From: Eledone cirrhosa
Taxonomy: Eukaryota
Length of the DNA: 64,000 nt
Assembly (NCBI GenBank): GCA_964016885.1
Contig: OZ024743.1
Coordinates: 133,858,001 to 133,922,000 of the forward strand
Direction of reading: 5' to 3'
The notes beneath the pieces were generated by a model. It was not told the DNA's origin. It saw only the letters and a program-made list of their open reading frames with translations, and ran no database searches. The translations under genes and the position numbers were made by a program. This document shows positions 47,026 through 60,200 of this stretch, in pieces; position 1 is the stretch's first letter; every line of letters starts with the position of its first letter.

Positions 47026-50000
47026 CTGGTGTTTGGTGCTTGGTGCTTGGTGCTTGGTCTTTGGTGTTTGGTGTTTAGTGCTTGGTGCTTGGTGCTTGGT
47101 GCTTGGTGCTTGGTGCTTGGTCCTTGGTGTTTGGTGCTTGGTGCTTGGTGTTTGGTGTTTGGTGCTTGGTGTCTGGAGCTTGGTGTTTGGTGTTTGGTGC
47201 TTGGTGTTTGGTGTTTGGTGCTTGGTGCTTGGTGTTTGGTGCTTGGTGCTTGGTGCTTGGTGTTTGGTGCTTGGTGCTTGGTGCTTGGTCTTTGGTGCTT
47301 GGTGTTTGGTGTTTGGTGCTTGGTGCTTTGTGTTTGGTGCTTGGTGATTAGTGTTTGGTGCTTGGTACTTGGTGTTTGGTGCTTGGTGTTTGGTGTTTGC
47401 TGTTTGGTGTTTGCTGTTTGCTGTTTGATGTTTGGTGTCTGCTTTTTGGTGTTTGGTGTTTGCTGTATGGTGTTTGCTGTTTCGTGTTTGGTGTTTGCTG
47501 TTTGGTGTTTGGTGTTTGCTGTTTGGTGTTTGGTCTTTGGTGCTTGGTGTTTGGTGCTTGGTGCTTGGTGTTTGGTGTTTGGTGCTTGGCGCTTGGTGCT
47601 TGGTGTTTGGTGCTTGGTGTCTGGTGCTTGGTGTCTGGTTCTTGGTGTTTGGTGTTTGGTGTTTGGTGCTTGGTGTTTGGTGTTTGGTGTTTGGTGTTTG
47701 GTGCTTGTTGCTTGGTGCTTGGTGCTTGGTGTTTGGTGCTTGGTGCTTGGTGTTTGGTGCTGGGTGCTTGGTGTTTGGTGCTTGGTGCTTGGTGCTTGGT
47801 GTTTGGTGTTTGGTGCTTGGTGCTTGGTGTTTGGTGTTTGGTGTTATATGCTTGGTGTTTGATGCTTGGTGCTTGGTGCTTGGTGTTTGGTGTTTGGTGC
47901 TTGGTGTTTTATGCTTGGTGTTTGATGTTTGGTGCTTGGTGCTTGGTGTTTGGTTCTTGGTGCTTGGTGTTTCTACTTGGTGCTTGGTGCTTGGTTCTTG
48001 GTGTTTGGTGCTTGGTGCTTGGTGCTTGGTGCTTGGTATTTGGTGCTTGGTGTTTGGTGCTTGGTGTTTGGTGCTTGGTGCCTGGTGCTTGGTGCTTGGT
48101 GCTTGGTGTTTGGTGCTTGGTGTTTGGTGTTTGGTATTAGGTGTTTGGTGCTTGGTGCTTGGTGTTTGGTGTTTGGTGCTTGGTGTTTGGTGTTTGGTGT
48201 TTGGTGTTTGGTGCTTGGTGTTTGGTGCTTGGTACTTGGTGCTTGGTGCTTGGTGTTAGGTGTTTGGTGCTTGGTGCTTGGTGTTTGGTTTTTGGTGCTT
48301 GGTGCTTGGTGTTTGGTGTTTGGTGCTTGCTGCTGGCTGCTTGGTGTTTGGTGCTTGGTGATTGGTGCTTGGTGTTTGGTGCTTGGTGTTTGGTGTTTGG
48401 TACTAGGTGCTTGGTGCTTGGTGCTTGGTGCTTGGTGCTTGGTGTTTGGTGTTTGGTGATTGGTGCTTGGTGTTTGGTGCTTGGTGCTGGGTTCTGGGTG
48501 GTTGGTGTTTGGTGCTTGGTGTTTGGTGCTGGGTGCTTGCTGTTTGGTGCTTGGTGCTTGGTCTTTGGTGTTTGGTGTTTGGTGTTTGGGGCTTGGTGCT
48601 TGGTGCTTGGTGCTTGGTGTTTGGTGCTTGGTGCTTGGTGTTTGGTGCTTGGTGCTTAGTGTTTGGTGCTAGGTGCTTGGGGTTTGGTGTTTGGTGCTTG
48701 GTGCTTGGTGTTTGGTGCTTGGTGCTTGGTGTTTGGTGTTTGGTGCTTGGTGCTTGGTGTTTGGTGTTTCCTGTTTGCTGTTTGGTGTTTGGTGTTTGGT
48801 GTTTGCTGTTTGGTGTCTGCTTTTTGGTGCTTGGTGCTTGGTGCTTGGTCTTTGGTGCTTGGTGTTTGGTGTTTGGTGCTTGGTGCTTTGTGTTTGGTGC
48901 TTGGTGATTAGTGTTTGGTGCTTGGTACTTGGTGTTTGGTGCTTGGTGTTTGGTGTTTGCTGTTTGGTGTTTGGTGTTTGCTGTTTGCTGTTTGGTGTCT
49001 GCTTTTTGGTGTTTGCTGTTTGCTGTATGGTGTTTGCTGTTTCGTGTTTGGTGTTTGCTGTTTGGTGTTTGGTGTTTGCTGTTTGGTGTTTGGTCTTTGG
49101 TGCTTGGTGTTTGGTGCTTGGTGCTTGGTGTTTGGTGTTTGGTGCTTGGTGCTTGGTGCTTGGTGTTTGGTGCTTGGTGTCTGGTGCTTGGTGTCTGGTG
49201 CTTGGTGTTTGGTGTTTGGTGTTTGGTGCTTGGTGTTTGGTGTTTGGTGTTTGGTGTTTGGTGCTTGTTGCTTGGTGCTTGGTGCTTGGTGTTTGGTGCT
49301 GGGTGCTTGGTGTTTGGTGCTTGGTGCTTGGTGCTTGGTGTTTGGTGTTTGGTGCTTGGTGCTTGGTGTTTGGTGTTTGGTGTTATATGCTTGGTGTTTG
49401 ATGCTTGGTGCTTGGTGCTTGGTGTTTGGTGTTTGGTGCTTGGTGTTTTATGCTTGGTGTTTGATGTTTGGTGCTTGGTGCTTGGTTTTTGGTGCTTGGT
49501 GCTTGGTGTTCCTACTTGGTGCTTGGTGCTTGGTTCTTGGTGTTTGGTGCTTGGTGCTTGGTGCTTGGTGCTTGGTGTTTGGTGCTTGGTGTTTGGTGCT
49601 TGGTGTTTGGTGCTTGGTGCCTGGTGCTTGGTGCTTGGTGCTTGGTGTTTGGTGCTTGGCGTTTGGTGCTTGGTATTAGGTGTTTGGTGCTTGGTGCTTG
49701 GTGTTTGGTGTTTGGTGCTTGGTGTTTGGTGCTTGGTGTTTGGTGTTTGGTGCTTGGTGTTTGGTGCTTGGTACTTGGTGCTTGGTGCTTGGTGTTTGGT
49801 ACTAGGTGCTTGGTGCTTGGTGTTTGGTGCTTGGTGCTTGGTGTTTGGTGTTTGGTGATTGGTGCTTGGTGTTTGGTGCTTGGTGCTGGGTTCTGGGTGG
49901 TTGGTGTTTGGTGCTTGGTGTTTGGTGCTGGGTGCTTGGTGTTTGGTGCTTGGTGCTTGGTCTTTGGTGTTTGGTGTTTGGTGTTTGGGGCTTGGTGCTT

Positions 50001-53000
50001 GGTGCTTGGTGTTTGGTGCTTGGTGCTTGGTGTTTGGTGCTTGGTGCTTAGTGTTTGGTGCTAGGTGCTTGGGGTTTGGTGTTTGGTGCTTGGTGCTTGG
50101 TGTTTGGTGCTTGGTGCTTGGTGTTTGGTGTTTGGTGCTTGGTGCTTGGTGTTTGGTGTTTCCTGTTTGCTGTTTGGTGTTTGGTGTTTGGTGTTTGCTG
50201 TTTGGTGTCTGCTTTTTGGTGTTTGGTGTTTGCTGTATGTTATTTGCTGTTTGGTGTTTGGTGTTTGGTGTTTGGTGCTTGGTGCTTGGTGTTTGGTGCT
50301 TGGTGCTTGGTGTTTGGTGCCTGGTGCTTGGGGCTTGGTGTTTGGTGTTTGGTGCTTGGTGCTTGGAGTTTGGTGTTTGGTGCTTGGTGCTTGGTGTTTT
50401 GTGTTTGGTGTTTGGTTTTTGGTGCTTGGTGCTTGGTGCTTGGTGCTTGGTCCTTGGTGTTTGGTGCTTGGTGCTTGGTGTTTGTACTTGGTGCTTGGTG
50501 CTTGGTGTTTGGTTCTTGGTTCTTGGTGTTTGGTACTTGGTGCTTGGTGCTTGGTGTTTGGTGCTTGGTGCTTGGTGTTTGGTGTTTGGTGCTTGGTGCT
50601 TGGTGTTTGGTGCTTGGTGCTTGGTGCTGGGTGGTTGGTAATTGGTGCTTGGTGCTTGGTGTTTGGTGCTTGGTGCTTGGTGCTTGGTGTTTGGTGCTTG
50701 GTGCTTGGTGCTTGGTCTTTGGTGCTTGGTGTTTGGTGTTTGGTGCTTGGTGCTTTGTGTTTGGTGCTTGGTGATTAGTGTTTGGTGCTTGGTACTTGGT
50801 GTTTGGTGCTTGGTGTTTGGTGTTTGCTGTTTGGTGTTTGGTGTTTGGTGTTTGCTGTTTGGTGTCTGCTTTTTGGTGTTTGGTGTTTGCTGTATGGTGT
50901 TTGCTGTTTCGTGTTTGGTGTTTGCTGTATGGTGTTTGGTGTTTGCTGTTTGGTGTTTGGTCTTTGGTGCTTGGTGTTTGGTGCTTGGTGCTTGGTGTTT
51001 GGTGTTTGGTGCTTGGTGTTTGGTGTTTGGTGCTTGGTGCTTGGTGCTTGGTGTTTGGTGCTTGGTGTCTGGTGCTTGGTGTCTGGTGCTTGGTGTTTGG
51101 TGTTTGGTGTTTGGTGCTTGGTGTTTGGTGTTTGGTGTTTGGTGTTTGGTGCTTGTTGCTTGGTGCTTGGTGCTTGGTGTTTGGTGCTTGGTGCTTGGTG
51201 TTTGGTGCTGGGTGCTTGGTGTTTGGTGCTTGGTGCTTGGTGTTTGGTGTTTGGTGCTTGGTGCTTGGTGTTTGGTGTTTGGTGTTATATGCTTGGTGTT
51301 TGGTGCTTGGTGCTTGGTGTTTGGTGTTTGGTTCTTGATGCTTGGTATTTGGTGCTTGGTGCTTGCTGCTTGGTGTTTGGTGCTTGGTGATTGATGCTTG
51401 GTGTTTGGTGCTTGGTGCTTGGTGTTTGGTTTTTGGTGCTAGGTGCTTGGTGCTTGGTGTTTGGTGCTTGGTGTTTGGTGTTTGGTGCTTGGTGCTTGGT
51501 GTTTGGTACTTGGTGCTTGGTGCTTGGTGTTTGGTGCTTGGTGCTTGGTGTTTGGTGTTTGGTGTTTGGTGCTTGGTGCTTGGTGTTTGGTGCTTGGTGC
51601 TGGGTGGTTGGTGTTTGGTGCTTGGTGCTTGGTGTTTTGTGCTAGGTGCATGGTGCCTGGTGTTTGGTGCTTGGTGCTTGGTGCTTGGTCTTTGGTGTTT
51701 GGTGTTTAGTGCTTGGTGCTTGGTGCTTGGTGCTTGGTGCTTGGTGCTTGGTCCTTGGTGTTTGGTGCTTGGTGCTTGGTGTTTGGTGTTTGGTGCTTGG
51801 TGCTTGGTGCTTCGTGTTTGGTGTTTGGTGCTTGGTGTCTGGAGCTTGGTGTTTGGTGTTTGGTGCTTGGTGTTTGGTGTTTGGTGCTTGGTGCTTGGTG
51901 TTTGGTGCTTGGTGCTTGGTGCTTGGTGTTTGGTGCTTGGTGCTTGGTGCTTGGTCTTTGGTGCTTGGTGTTTGGTGTTTGGTGCTTGGTGCTTTGTGTT
52001 TGGTGCTTGGTGATTAGTGTTTGGTGCTTGGTACTTGGTGTTTGGTGCTTGGTGTTTGGTGCTTGCTGTTTGGTGTTTGCTGTTTGCTGTTTGCTGTTTG
52101 GTGTCTGCTTTTTGGTGTTTGGTGTTTGCTGTATGGTGTTTGCTGTTTCGTGTTTGGTGTTTGCTGTTTGGTGTTTGGTCTTTGGTGCTTGGTGTTTGGT
52201 GCTTGGTGCTTGGTGTTTGGTGTTTGGTGCTTGGTGCTTGGTGCTTGGTGTTTGGTGCTTGGTGTCTGGTGCTTGGTGTCTGGTGCTTGGTGTTTGGTGT
52301 TTGGTGTTTGGTGCTTGGTGTTTGGTGTTTGGTGTTTGGTGTTTGGTGCTTGTTGCTTGGTGCTTGGTGGTTGGTGCTTGGTGCTTGGTCCTTGGTGTTT
52401 GGTGCTTGGTGCTTGGTGTTTGGTGTTTGGTGCTTGGTGCTTGGTGCTTCATGTTTGGTGTTTGGTGCTTGGTGTCTGGAGCTTGGTGTTTGGTGTTTGG
52501 TGCTTGGTGTTTGGTGTTTGGTGCTTGGTGCTTGGTGTTTGGTGCTTGGTGCTTGGTGCTTGGTGTTTGGTGCTTGGTGCTTGGTGCTTGGTCTTTGGTG
52601 CTTGGTGTTTGGTGTTTGGTGCTTGCTGCTTTGTGTTTGGTGCTTGGTGATTAGTGTTTGGTGCTTGGTACTTGGTGTTTGGTGCTTGGTGTTTGGTGTT
52701 TGCTGTTTGGTGTTTGGTGTTTGCTGTTTGCTGTTTGGTGTCTGCTTTTTGGTGTTTGGTGTTTGCTGTATGGTGTTTGCTGTTTCGTGTTTGGTGTTTG
52801 CTGTTTGGTGTTTGGTCTTTGGTGCTTGGTGTTTGGTGCTTGGTGCTTGGTGTTTGGTGTTTGGTGCTTGGTGCTTGGTGCTTGGTGTTTGGTGCTTGGT
52901 GTCTGGTGCTTGGTGTCTGGTGCTTGGTGTTTGGTGTTTGGTCTTTGGTGCTTGGTGTTTGGTGTTTGGTGTTTGGTGTTTGGTGCTTGTTGCTTGGTGC

Positions 53001-56000
53001 TTGGTGCTTGGTGTTTGGTGCTTGGTGCTTGTTGTTTGGTGCTGGGTGCTTGGTGTTTGGTGCTTGGTGCTTGGTTCTTGGTGTTTGGTGTTTGGTGCTT
53101 GGTGCTTGGTGTTTGGTGTTTGGTGTTATATGCTTGGTGTTTGATGCTTGGTGCTTGGTGCTTGGTGTTTGGTGTTTGGTGCTTGGTGTTTTATGCTTGG
53201 TGTTTGATGTTTGGTGCTTGGTGCTTGGTGTTTGGTGCTTGGTGCTTGGTGTTTCTACTTGGTGCTTGGTGCTTGGTGTTTGGTTCTTGGTTCTTGGTGT
53301 TTGGTACTTGGTGCTTGGTGCTTGGTGTTTGGTGCTTGGTGCTTGGAGTTTGGTGTTTGGTGCTTGGTGCTTGGTGTTTTGTGTTTGGTGTTTGGTTTTT
53401 GGTGCTTGGTGCTTGGTGCTTGGTGCTTGGTCCTTGGTGTTTGGTGCTTGGTGCTTGGTGTTTGTACTTGGTGCTTGGTGCTTGGTGTTTGGTTCTTGGT
53501 TCTTGGTGTTTGGTACTTGGTGCTTGGTGCTTGGTGTTTGGTGCTTGGTGCTTGGTGTTTGGTGTTTGGTGTTTGGTGCTTGGTGCTTGGTGTTTGGTGC
53601 TTGGTGCTTGGTGCTGGGTGGTTGGTATTTGGTGCTTGGTGCTTGGTGTTTGGTGCTTGGTGCTTGGTGCTTGGTGTTTGGTGCTTGGTGCTTGGTGCTT
53701 GGTCTTTGGTGCTTGGTGTTTGGTGTTTGGTGCTTGGTGCTTTGTGTTTGGTGCTTGGTGATTAGTGTTTGGTGCTTGGTACTTGGTGTTTGGTGCTTGG
53801 TGTTTGGTGTTTGCTGTTTGGTGTTTGGTGTTTGGTGTTTGCTGTTTGGTGTCTGCTTTTTGCTGTTTGGTGTTTGCTGTATGGTGTTTACTGTTTCGTG
53901 TTTGGTGTTTGCTGTTTGGTGTTTGGTCTTTGGTGCTTGGTGTTTGGTGCTTGGTGCTTGGTGTTTGGTGTTTGGTGCTTGGTGCTTGGTGCTTGGTGTT
54001 TGGTGCTTGGTGTCTGGTGCTTGGTGTCTGGTGCTTGGTGTTTGGTGTTTGGTGTTTGGTGCTTGGTGTTTGGTGTTTGGTGTTTGGTGTTTGGTGCTTG
54101 TTGCTTGGTGCTTGGTGCTTGGTGTTTGGTGCTTGGTGCTTGGTGTTTGGTGCTGGGTGCTTGGTGTTTGGTGCTTGGTGCTTGGTGTTTGGTGTTTGGT
54201 GCTTGGTGCTTGGTGTTTGGTGTTTGGTGTTATATGCTTGGTGTTTGGTGCTTGGTGCTTGGTGTTTGGTGTTTGGTTCTTGATGCTTGGTATTTGGTGC
54301 TTGGTGCTTGCTGCTTGGTGTTTGGTGCTTGGTGATTGATGCTTGGTGTTTGGTGCTTGGTGCTTGGTGTTTGGTTTTTGGTGCTAGGTGCTTGGTGCTT
54401 GGTGTTTGGTGCTTGGTGTTTGGTGTTTGGTGCTTGGTGCTTGGTGTTTGGTACTTGGTGCTTGGTGCTTGGTGTTTGGTGCTTGGTGCTTGGTGTTTGG
54501 TGTTTGGTGTTTGGTGCTTGGTGGTTGGTGTTTGGTGCTTGGTGCTGGGTGGTTGGTATTTGGTGCTTGGTGCTTGGTGTTTTGTGCTAGGTGCATGGTG
54601 CCTGGTGTTTGGTGCTTGGTGCTTGGTGCTTGGTCTTTGGTGTTTGGTGTTTAGTGCTTGGTGCTTGGTGCTTGGTGCTTGGTGCTTGGTGCTTGGTCCT
54701 TGGTGTTTGGTGCTTGGTGCTTGGTGTTTGGTGTTTGGTGCTTGGTGTCTGGAGCTTGGTGTTTGGTGTTTGGTGCTTGGTGTTTGGTGTTTGGTGCTTG
54801 GTGCTTGGTGTTTGGTGCTTGGTGCTTGGTGCTTGGTGTTTGGTGCTTGGTGCTTGGTCTTTGATGCTTGGTGTTTGGTGTTTGGTGCTTGGTGCTTTGT
54901 GTTTGGTGCTTGGTGATTAGTGTTTGGTGCTTGGTACTTGGTGTTTGGTGCTTGGTGTTTGGTGTTTGCTGTTTGGTGTTTGGTGTTTGCTGTTTGATGT
55001 TTGGTGTCTGCTTTTTGGTGTTTGGTGTTTGCTGTATGGTGTTTGCTGTTTCGTGTTTGGTGTTTGCTGTTTGGTGTTTGGTGTTTGCTGTTTGGTGTTT
55101 GGTCTTTGGTGCTTGGTGTTTGGTGCTTGGTGCTTGGTGTTTGGTGTTTGGTGCTTGGTGCTTGGTGCTTGGTGTTTGGTGCTTGGTGTCTGGTGCTTGG
55201 TGTCTGGTGCTTGGTGTTTGGTGTTTGGTGTTTGGTGCTTGGTGTTTGGTGTTTGGTGTTTGGTGTTTGGTGCTTGTTGCTTGGTGCTTGGTGCTTGGTG
55301 TTTGGTGCTTGGTGCTTGGTGTTTGGTGCTGGGTGCTTGGTGTTTGGTGCTTGGTGCTTGGTGCTTGGTGTTTGGTGTTTGGTGCTTGGTGCTTGGTGTT
55401 TGGTGTTTGGTGTTATATGCTTGGTGTTTGATGCTTGGTGCTTGGTGCTTGGTGTTTGGTGTTTGGTGGTTGGTGTTTTATGCTTGGTGTTTGATGTTTG
55501 GTGCTTGGTGCTTGGTGTTTGGTTCTTGGTGCTTGGTGTTTCTACTTGGTGCTTGGTGCTTGGTTCTTGGTGTTTGGTGCTTGGTGCTTGGTGCTTGGTG
55601 CTTGGTGTTTGGTGCTTGGTGTTTGGTGCTTGGTGTTTGGTGCTTGGTGCTTGGTGCTTGGTGTTTGGTGCTTGGTGTTTGGTGCTTGGTATTAGGTGTT
55701 TGGTGCTTGGTGCTTGGTGTTTGGTGTTTGGTGCTTGGTGTTTGGTGCTTGGTGTTTGGTGTTTGGTGCTTGGTGTTTGGTGCTTGGTACTTGGTGCTTG
55801 GTGCTTGGTGTTAGGTGTTTGGTGCTTGGTGCTTGGTGTTTGGTTTTTGGTGCTTGGTGCTTGGTGTTTGGTGTTTGGTGCTTGCTGCTGGCTGCTTGGT
55901 GTTTGGTGCTTGGTGATTGGTGGTTGGTGTTTGGTGCTTGGTGTTTGGTGTTTGGTACTAGGTGCTTGGTGCTTGGTGTTTGGTGCTTGGTGCTTGGTGT

Positions 56001-59000
56001 TTGGTGTTTGGTGATTGGTGCTTGGTGTTTGGTGCTTGGTGCTGGGTTCTGGGTGGTTGGTGTTTGGTGCTTGGTGTTTGGTGCTGGGTGCTTGGTGTTT
56101 GGTGCTTGGTGCTTGGTCTTTGGTGTTTGGTGTTTGGTGTTTGGGGCTTGGTGCTTGGTGCTTGGTGTTTGGTGCTTGGTGCTTGGTGTTTGGTGCTTGG
56201 TGCTTAGTGTTTGGTGCTAGGTGCTTGGGGTTTGGTGTTTGGTGCTTGGTGCTTGGTGTTTGGTGCTTGGTGCTTGGTGTTTGGTGTTTGGTGCTTGGTG
56301 CTTGGTGTTTGGTGTTTCCTGTTTGCTGTTTGGTGTTTGGTGTTTGGTATTTGCTGTTTGGTGTCTGCTTTTTGGTGCTTGGTGCTTGGTGCTTGGTCTT
56401 TGGTGCTTGGTGTTTGGTGTTTGGTGCTTGGTGCTTTGTGTTTGGTGCTTGGTGATTAGTGTTTGGTGCTTGGCACTTGGTGTTTGGTGCTTGGTGTTTG
56501 GTGTTTGCTGTTTGGTGTTTGGTGTTTGCTGTTTGCTGTTTGGTGTCTGCTTTTTGGTGTTTGGTGTTTGCTGTATGGTGTTTGCTGTTTCGTGTTTGGT
56601 GTTTGCTGTTTGGTGTTTGGTGTTTGCTGTTTGGTGTTTGGTCTTTGGTGCTTGGTGTTTGGTGCTTGGTGCTTGGTGTTTGGTGTTTGGTGCTTGGTGC
56701 TTGGTGCTTGGTGTTTGGTGCTTGGTGTCTGGTGCTTGGTGTCTGGTGCTTGGTGTTTGGTGTTTGGTGTTTGGTGCTTGGTGTTTGGTGTTTGGTGTTT
56801 GGTGTTTGGTGCTTGTTGCTTGGTGCTTGGTGCTTGGTGTTTGGTGCTTGGTGCTTGGTGTTTGGTGCTGGGTGCTTGGTGTTTGGTGCTTGGTGCTTGG
56901 TGCTTGGTGTTTGGTGTTTGGTGCTTGGTGCTTGGTGTTTGGTGTTTGGTGTTATATGCTTGGTGTTTGATGCTTGGTGCTTGGTGCTTGGTGTTTGGTG
57001 TTTGGTGCTTGGTGTTTTATGCTTGGTGTTTGATGTTTGGTGCTTGGTGCTTGGTTTTTGGTGCTTGGTGCTTGGTGTTTCTACTTGGTGCTTGGTGCTT
57101 GGTTCTTGGTGTTTGGTGCTTGGTGCTTGGTGCTTGGTGCTTGGTGTTTGGTGCTTGGTGTTTGGTGCTTGGTGTTTGGTGCTTGGTGCCTGGTGCTTGG
57201 TACTTGGTGCTTGGTGTTTGGTGCTTGGTGTTTGGTGCTTGGTATTAGGTGTTTGGTGCTTGGTGCTTGGTGTTTGGTGTTTGGTGCTTGGTGTTTGGTG
57301 CTTGGTGTTTGGTGTTTGGTGCTTGGTGTTTGGTGCTTGGTACTTGGTGCTTGGTGCTTGGTGTTAGGTGTTTGGTGCTTGGTGCTTGGTGTTTGGTTTT
57401 TGGTGCTTGGTGCTTGGTGTTTGGTGTTTGGTGCTTGCTGCTGGCTGCTTGGTGTTTGGTGCTTGGTGATTGGTGCTTGGTGTTTGGTGCTTGGTGTTTG
57501 GTGTTTGGTACTAGGTGCTTGGTGCTTGGTGTTTGGTGCTTGGTGCTTGGTGTTTGGTGTTTGGTGATTGGTGCTTGGTGTTTGGTGCTTGGTGCTGGGT
57601 TCTGGGTGGTTGGTGTTTGGTGCTTGGTGTTTGGTGCTGGGTGCTTGGTGTTTGGTGCTTGGTGCTTGGTCTTTGGTGTTTGGTGTTTGGTGTTTGGGGC
57701 TTGGTGCTTGGTGCTTGGTGTTTGGTGCTTGGTGCTTGGTGTTTGGTGCTTGGTGCTTAGTGTTTGGTGCTAGGTGCTTGGGGTTTGGTGTTTGGTGCTT
57801 GGTGCTTGGTGTTTGGTGCTTGGTGCTTGGTGTTTGGTGTTTGGTACTTGGTGCTTGGTGTTTGGTGTTTCCTGTTTGCTGTTTGGTGTTTGGTGTTTGG
57901 TGTTTGCTGTCTGGTGTCTGCTTTTTGGTGTTTGCTGTATGTTATTTGCTGTTTGGTGCTTGGTGTTTGGTGTTTGGTGCTTGGTGCTTGTTGTTTGGTG
58001 CTTGGTGCTTGGTGTTTGGAGCCTGGTGCTTGGGGCTTGGTGTTTGGTGTTTGGTGCTTGGTGCTTGGAGTTTGGTGTTTGGTGCTTGGTGCTTGGTGTT
58101 TTGTGTTTGGTGTTTGGTTTTTGGTGCTTGGTGCTTGGTGCTTGGTGCTTGGTCCTTGGTGTTTGGTGCTTGGTGCTTGGTGTTTGTACTTGGTGCTTGG
58201 TGCTTGGTGTTTGGTTCTTGGTTCTTGGTGTTTGGTTCTTGGTGCTTGGTGCTTGGTGTTTGGTGCTTGGTGCTTGGTGTTTGGTGTTTGGTGTTTGGTG
58301 CTTGGTGCTTGGTGTTTGGTGCTTGGTGCTTGGTGCTGGGTGGTTGGTATTTGGTGCTTGGTGCTTGGTGTTTGGTGCTTGGTGCTTGGTGCTTGGTGTT
58401 TGGTGCTTGGTGCTTGGTGCTTGGTCTTTGGTGCTTGGTGTTTGGTGTTTGGTGCTTGGTGCTTTGTGTTTGGTGCTTGGTGTTTGGTGTTTGCTGTTTG
58501 GTGTCTGCTTTTTGGTGTTTGGTGTTTGCTGTATGGTGTTTGGTGTTTGCTGTTTGGTGTTTGGTCTTTGGTGCTTGGTGTTTGGTGCTTGGTGCTTGGT
58601 GTTTGGTGTTTGGTGCTTGGTGTTTGGTGTGTGGTGCTTGGTGCTTGGTGCTTGGTGTTTGGTGCTTGGTGTCTGGTGCTTGGTGTCTGGTGCTTGGTGT
58701 CTGGTGCTTGGTGTTTGGTGTTTGGTGTTTGGTGCTTGGTGTTTGGTGTTTGGTGTTTGGTGTTTGGTGCTGGGTGCTTGGTGTTTGGTGCTTGGTGCTT
58801 GGTGTTTGGTGTTTGGTACTTGGTGCTTGGTGTTTGGTGTTTGGTGTTATATGCTTGGTGTTTGGTGCTTGGTGCTTGGTGTTTGGTGTTTGGTTCTTGA
58901 TGCTTGGTATTTGGTGCTTGGTGCTTGCTGCTTGGTGTTTGGTGCTTGGTGATTGATGCTTGGTGTTTGGTGCTTGGTGCTTGGTGTTTGGTTTTTGGTG

Positions 59001-60200
59001 CTAGGTGCTTGGTGCTTGGTGTTTGGTGCTTGGTGTTTGGTGTTTGGTGCTTGGTGCTTGGTGTTTGGTACTTGGTGTTTGGTGCTTGGTGTTTGGTGCT
59101 TGGTGCTTGGTGGTTGGTGTTTGGTGCTTGGTGCTTGGTGTTTTGTGCTAGGTGCATGGTGCCTGGTGTTTGGTGCTTGGTGCTTGGTGCTTGGTCTTTG
59201 GTGTTTGGTGTTTAGTGCTTGGTGCTTGGTGCTTGGTGCTTGGTGCTTGGTGCTTGGTGTTTGGTGTTTGGTGCTTGGTGCTTGGTGTTTGGTGTTTGGT
59301 GCTTGGTGCTTGGTGCTTCGTGTTTGGTGTTTGGTGCTTGGTGTCTGGAGCTTGGTGTTTGGTGTTTGGTGCTTGGTGTTTGGTGTTTGGTGCTTGGTGC
59401 TTGGTGTTTGGTGCTTGGTGCTTGGTGCTTGGTGTTTGGTGCTTGGTGCTTGGTGCTTGGTCTTTGGTGCTTGGTGTTTGGTGTTTGGTGCTTGGTGCTT
59501 TGTGTTTGGTGCTTGGTGATTAGTGTTTGGTGCTTGGTACTTGGTGTTTGGTGCTTGGTGTTTGGTGTTTGCTGTCTGGTGTTTGGTGTTTGCTGTTTGC
59601 TGTTTGGTGTCTGCTTTTTGGTGTTTGGTGTTTGCTGTATGGTGTTTGCTGTTTCGTGTTTGGTGTTTGCTGTTTGGTGTTTGGTGTTTGCTGTTTGGTG
59701 TTTGGTCTTTGGTGCTTGGTGTTTGGTGCTTGGTGCTTGGTGTTTGGTGTTTGGTGCTTGGTGCTTGGTGCTTGGTGTTTGGTGCTTGGTGTCTGGTGCT
59801 TGGTGTCTGGTGCTTGGTGTTTGGTGTTTGGTGTTTGGTGCTTGGTGTTTGGTGTTTGGTGTTTGGTGTTTGGTGCTTGTTGCTTGGTGCTTGGTGCTTG
59901 GTGTTTGGTGCTTGGTGCTTGGTGTTTGGTGCTGGGTGCTTGGTGTTTGGTGCTTGGTGCTTGGTGCTTGGTGTTTGGTGTTTGGTGCTTGGTGCTTGGT
60001 GTTTGGTGTTTGGTGTTATATGCTTGGTGTTTGATGCTTGGTGCTTGGTGCTTGGTGTTTGGTGTTTGGTGCTTGGTGTTTTATGCTTGGTGTTTGATGT
60101 TTGGTGCTTGGTGCTTGGTGTTTGGTGTTTGGTGCTTGGTGTTTCTACTTGGTGCTTGGTGCTTGGTGTTTGGTTCTTGGTTCTTGGTGTTTGGTACTTG
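45090..60200 (+). repeat. More diverged duplication with period of about 7.5-7.7 kb, containing sub-repeats of about 1.55 kb and 637 bp
   Basis: Offsets: 45684/53211 = 7527, 46711/54287 = 7576, 47355/54924 = 7569, 48141/55696 = 7555, 50055/57764 = 7709, 51342/58904 = 7562. Sub-repeats: 47929/49468 = 1539, 55696/57249 = 1553, 52017/52654 = 637. Confidence 0.75.
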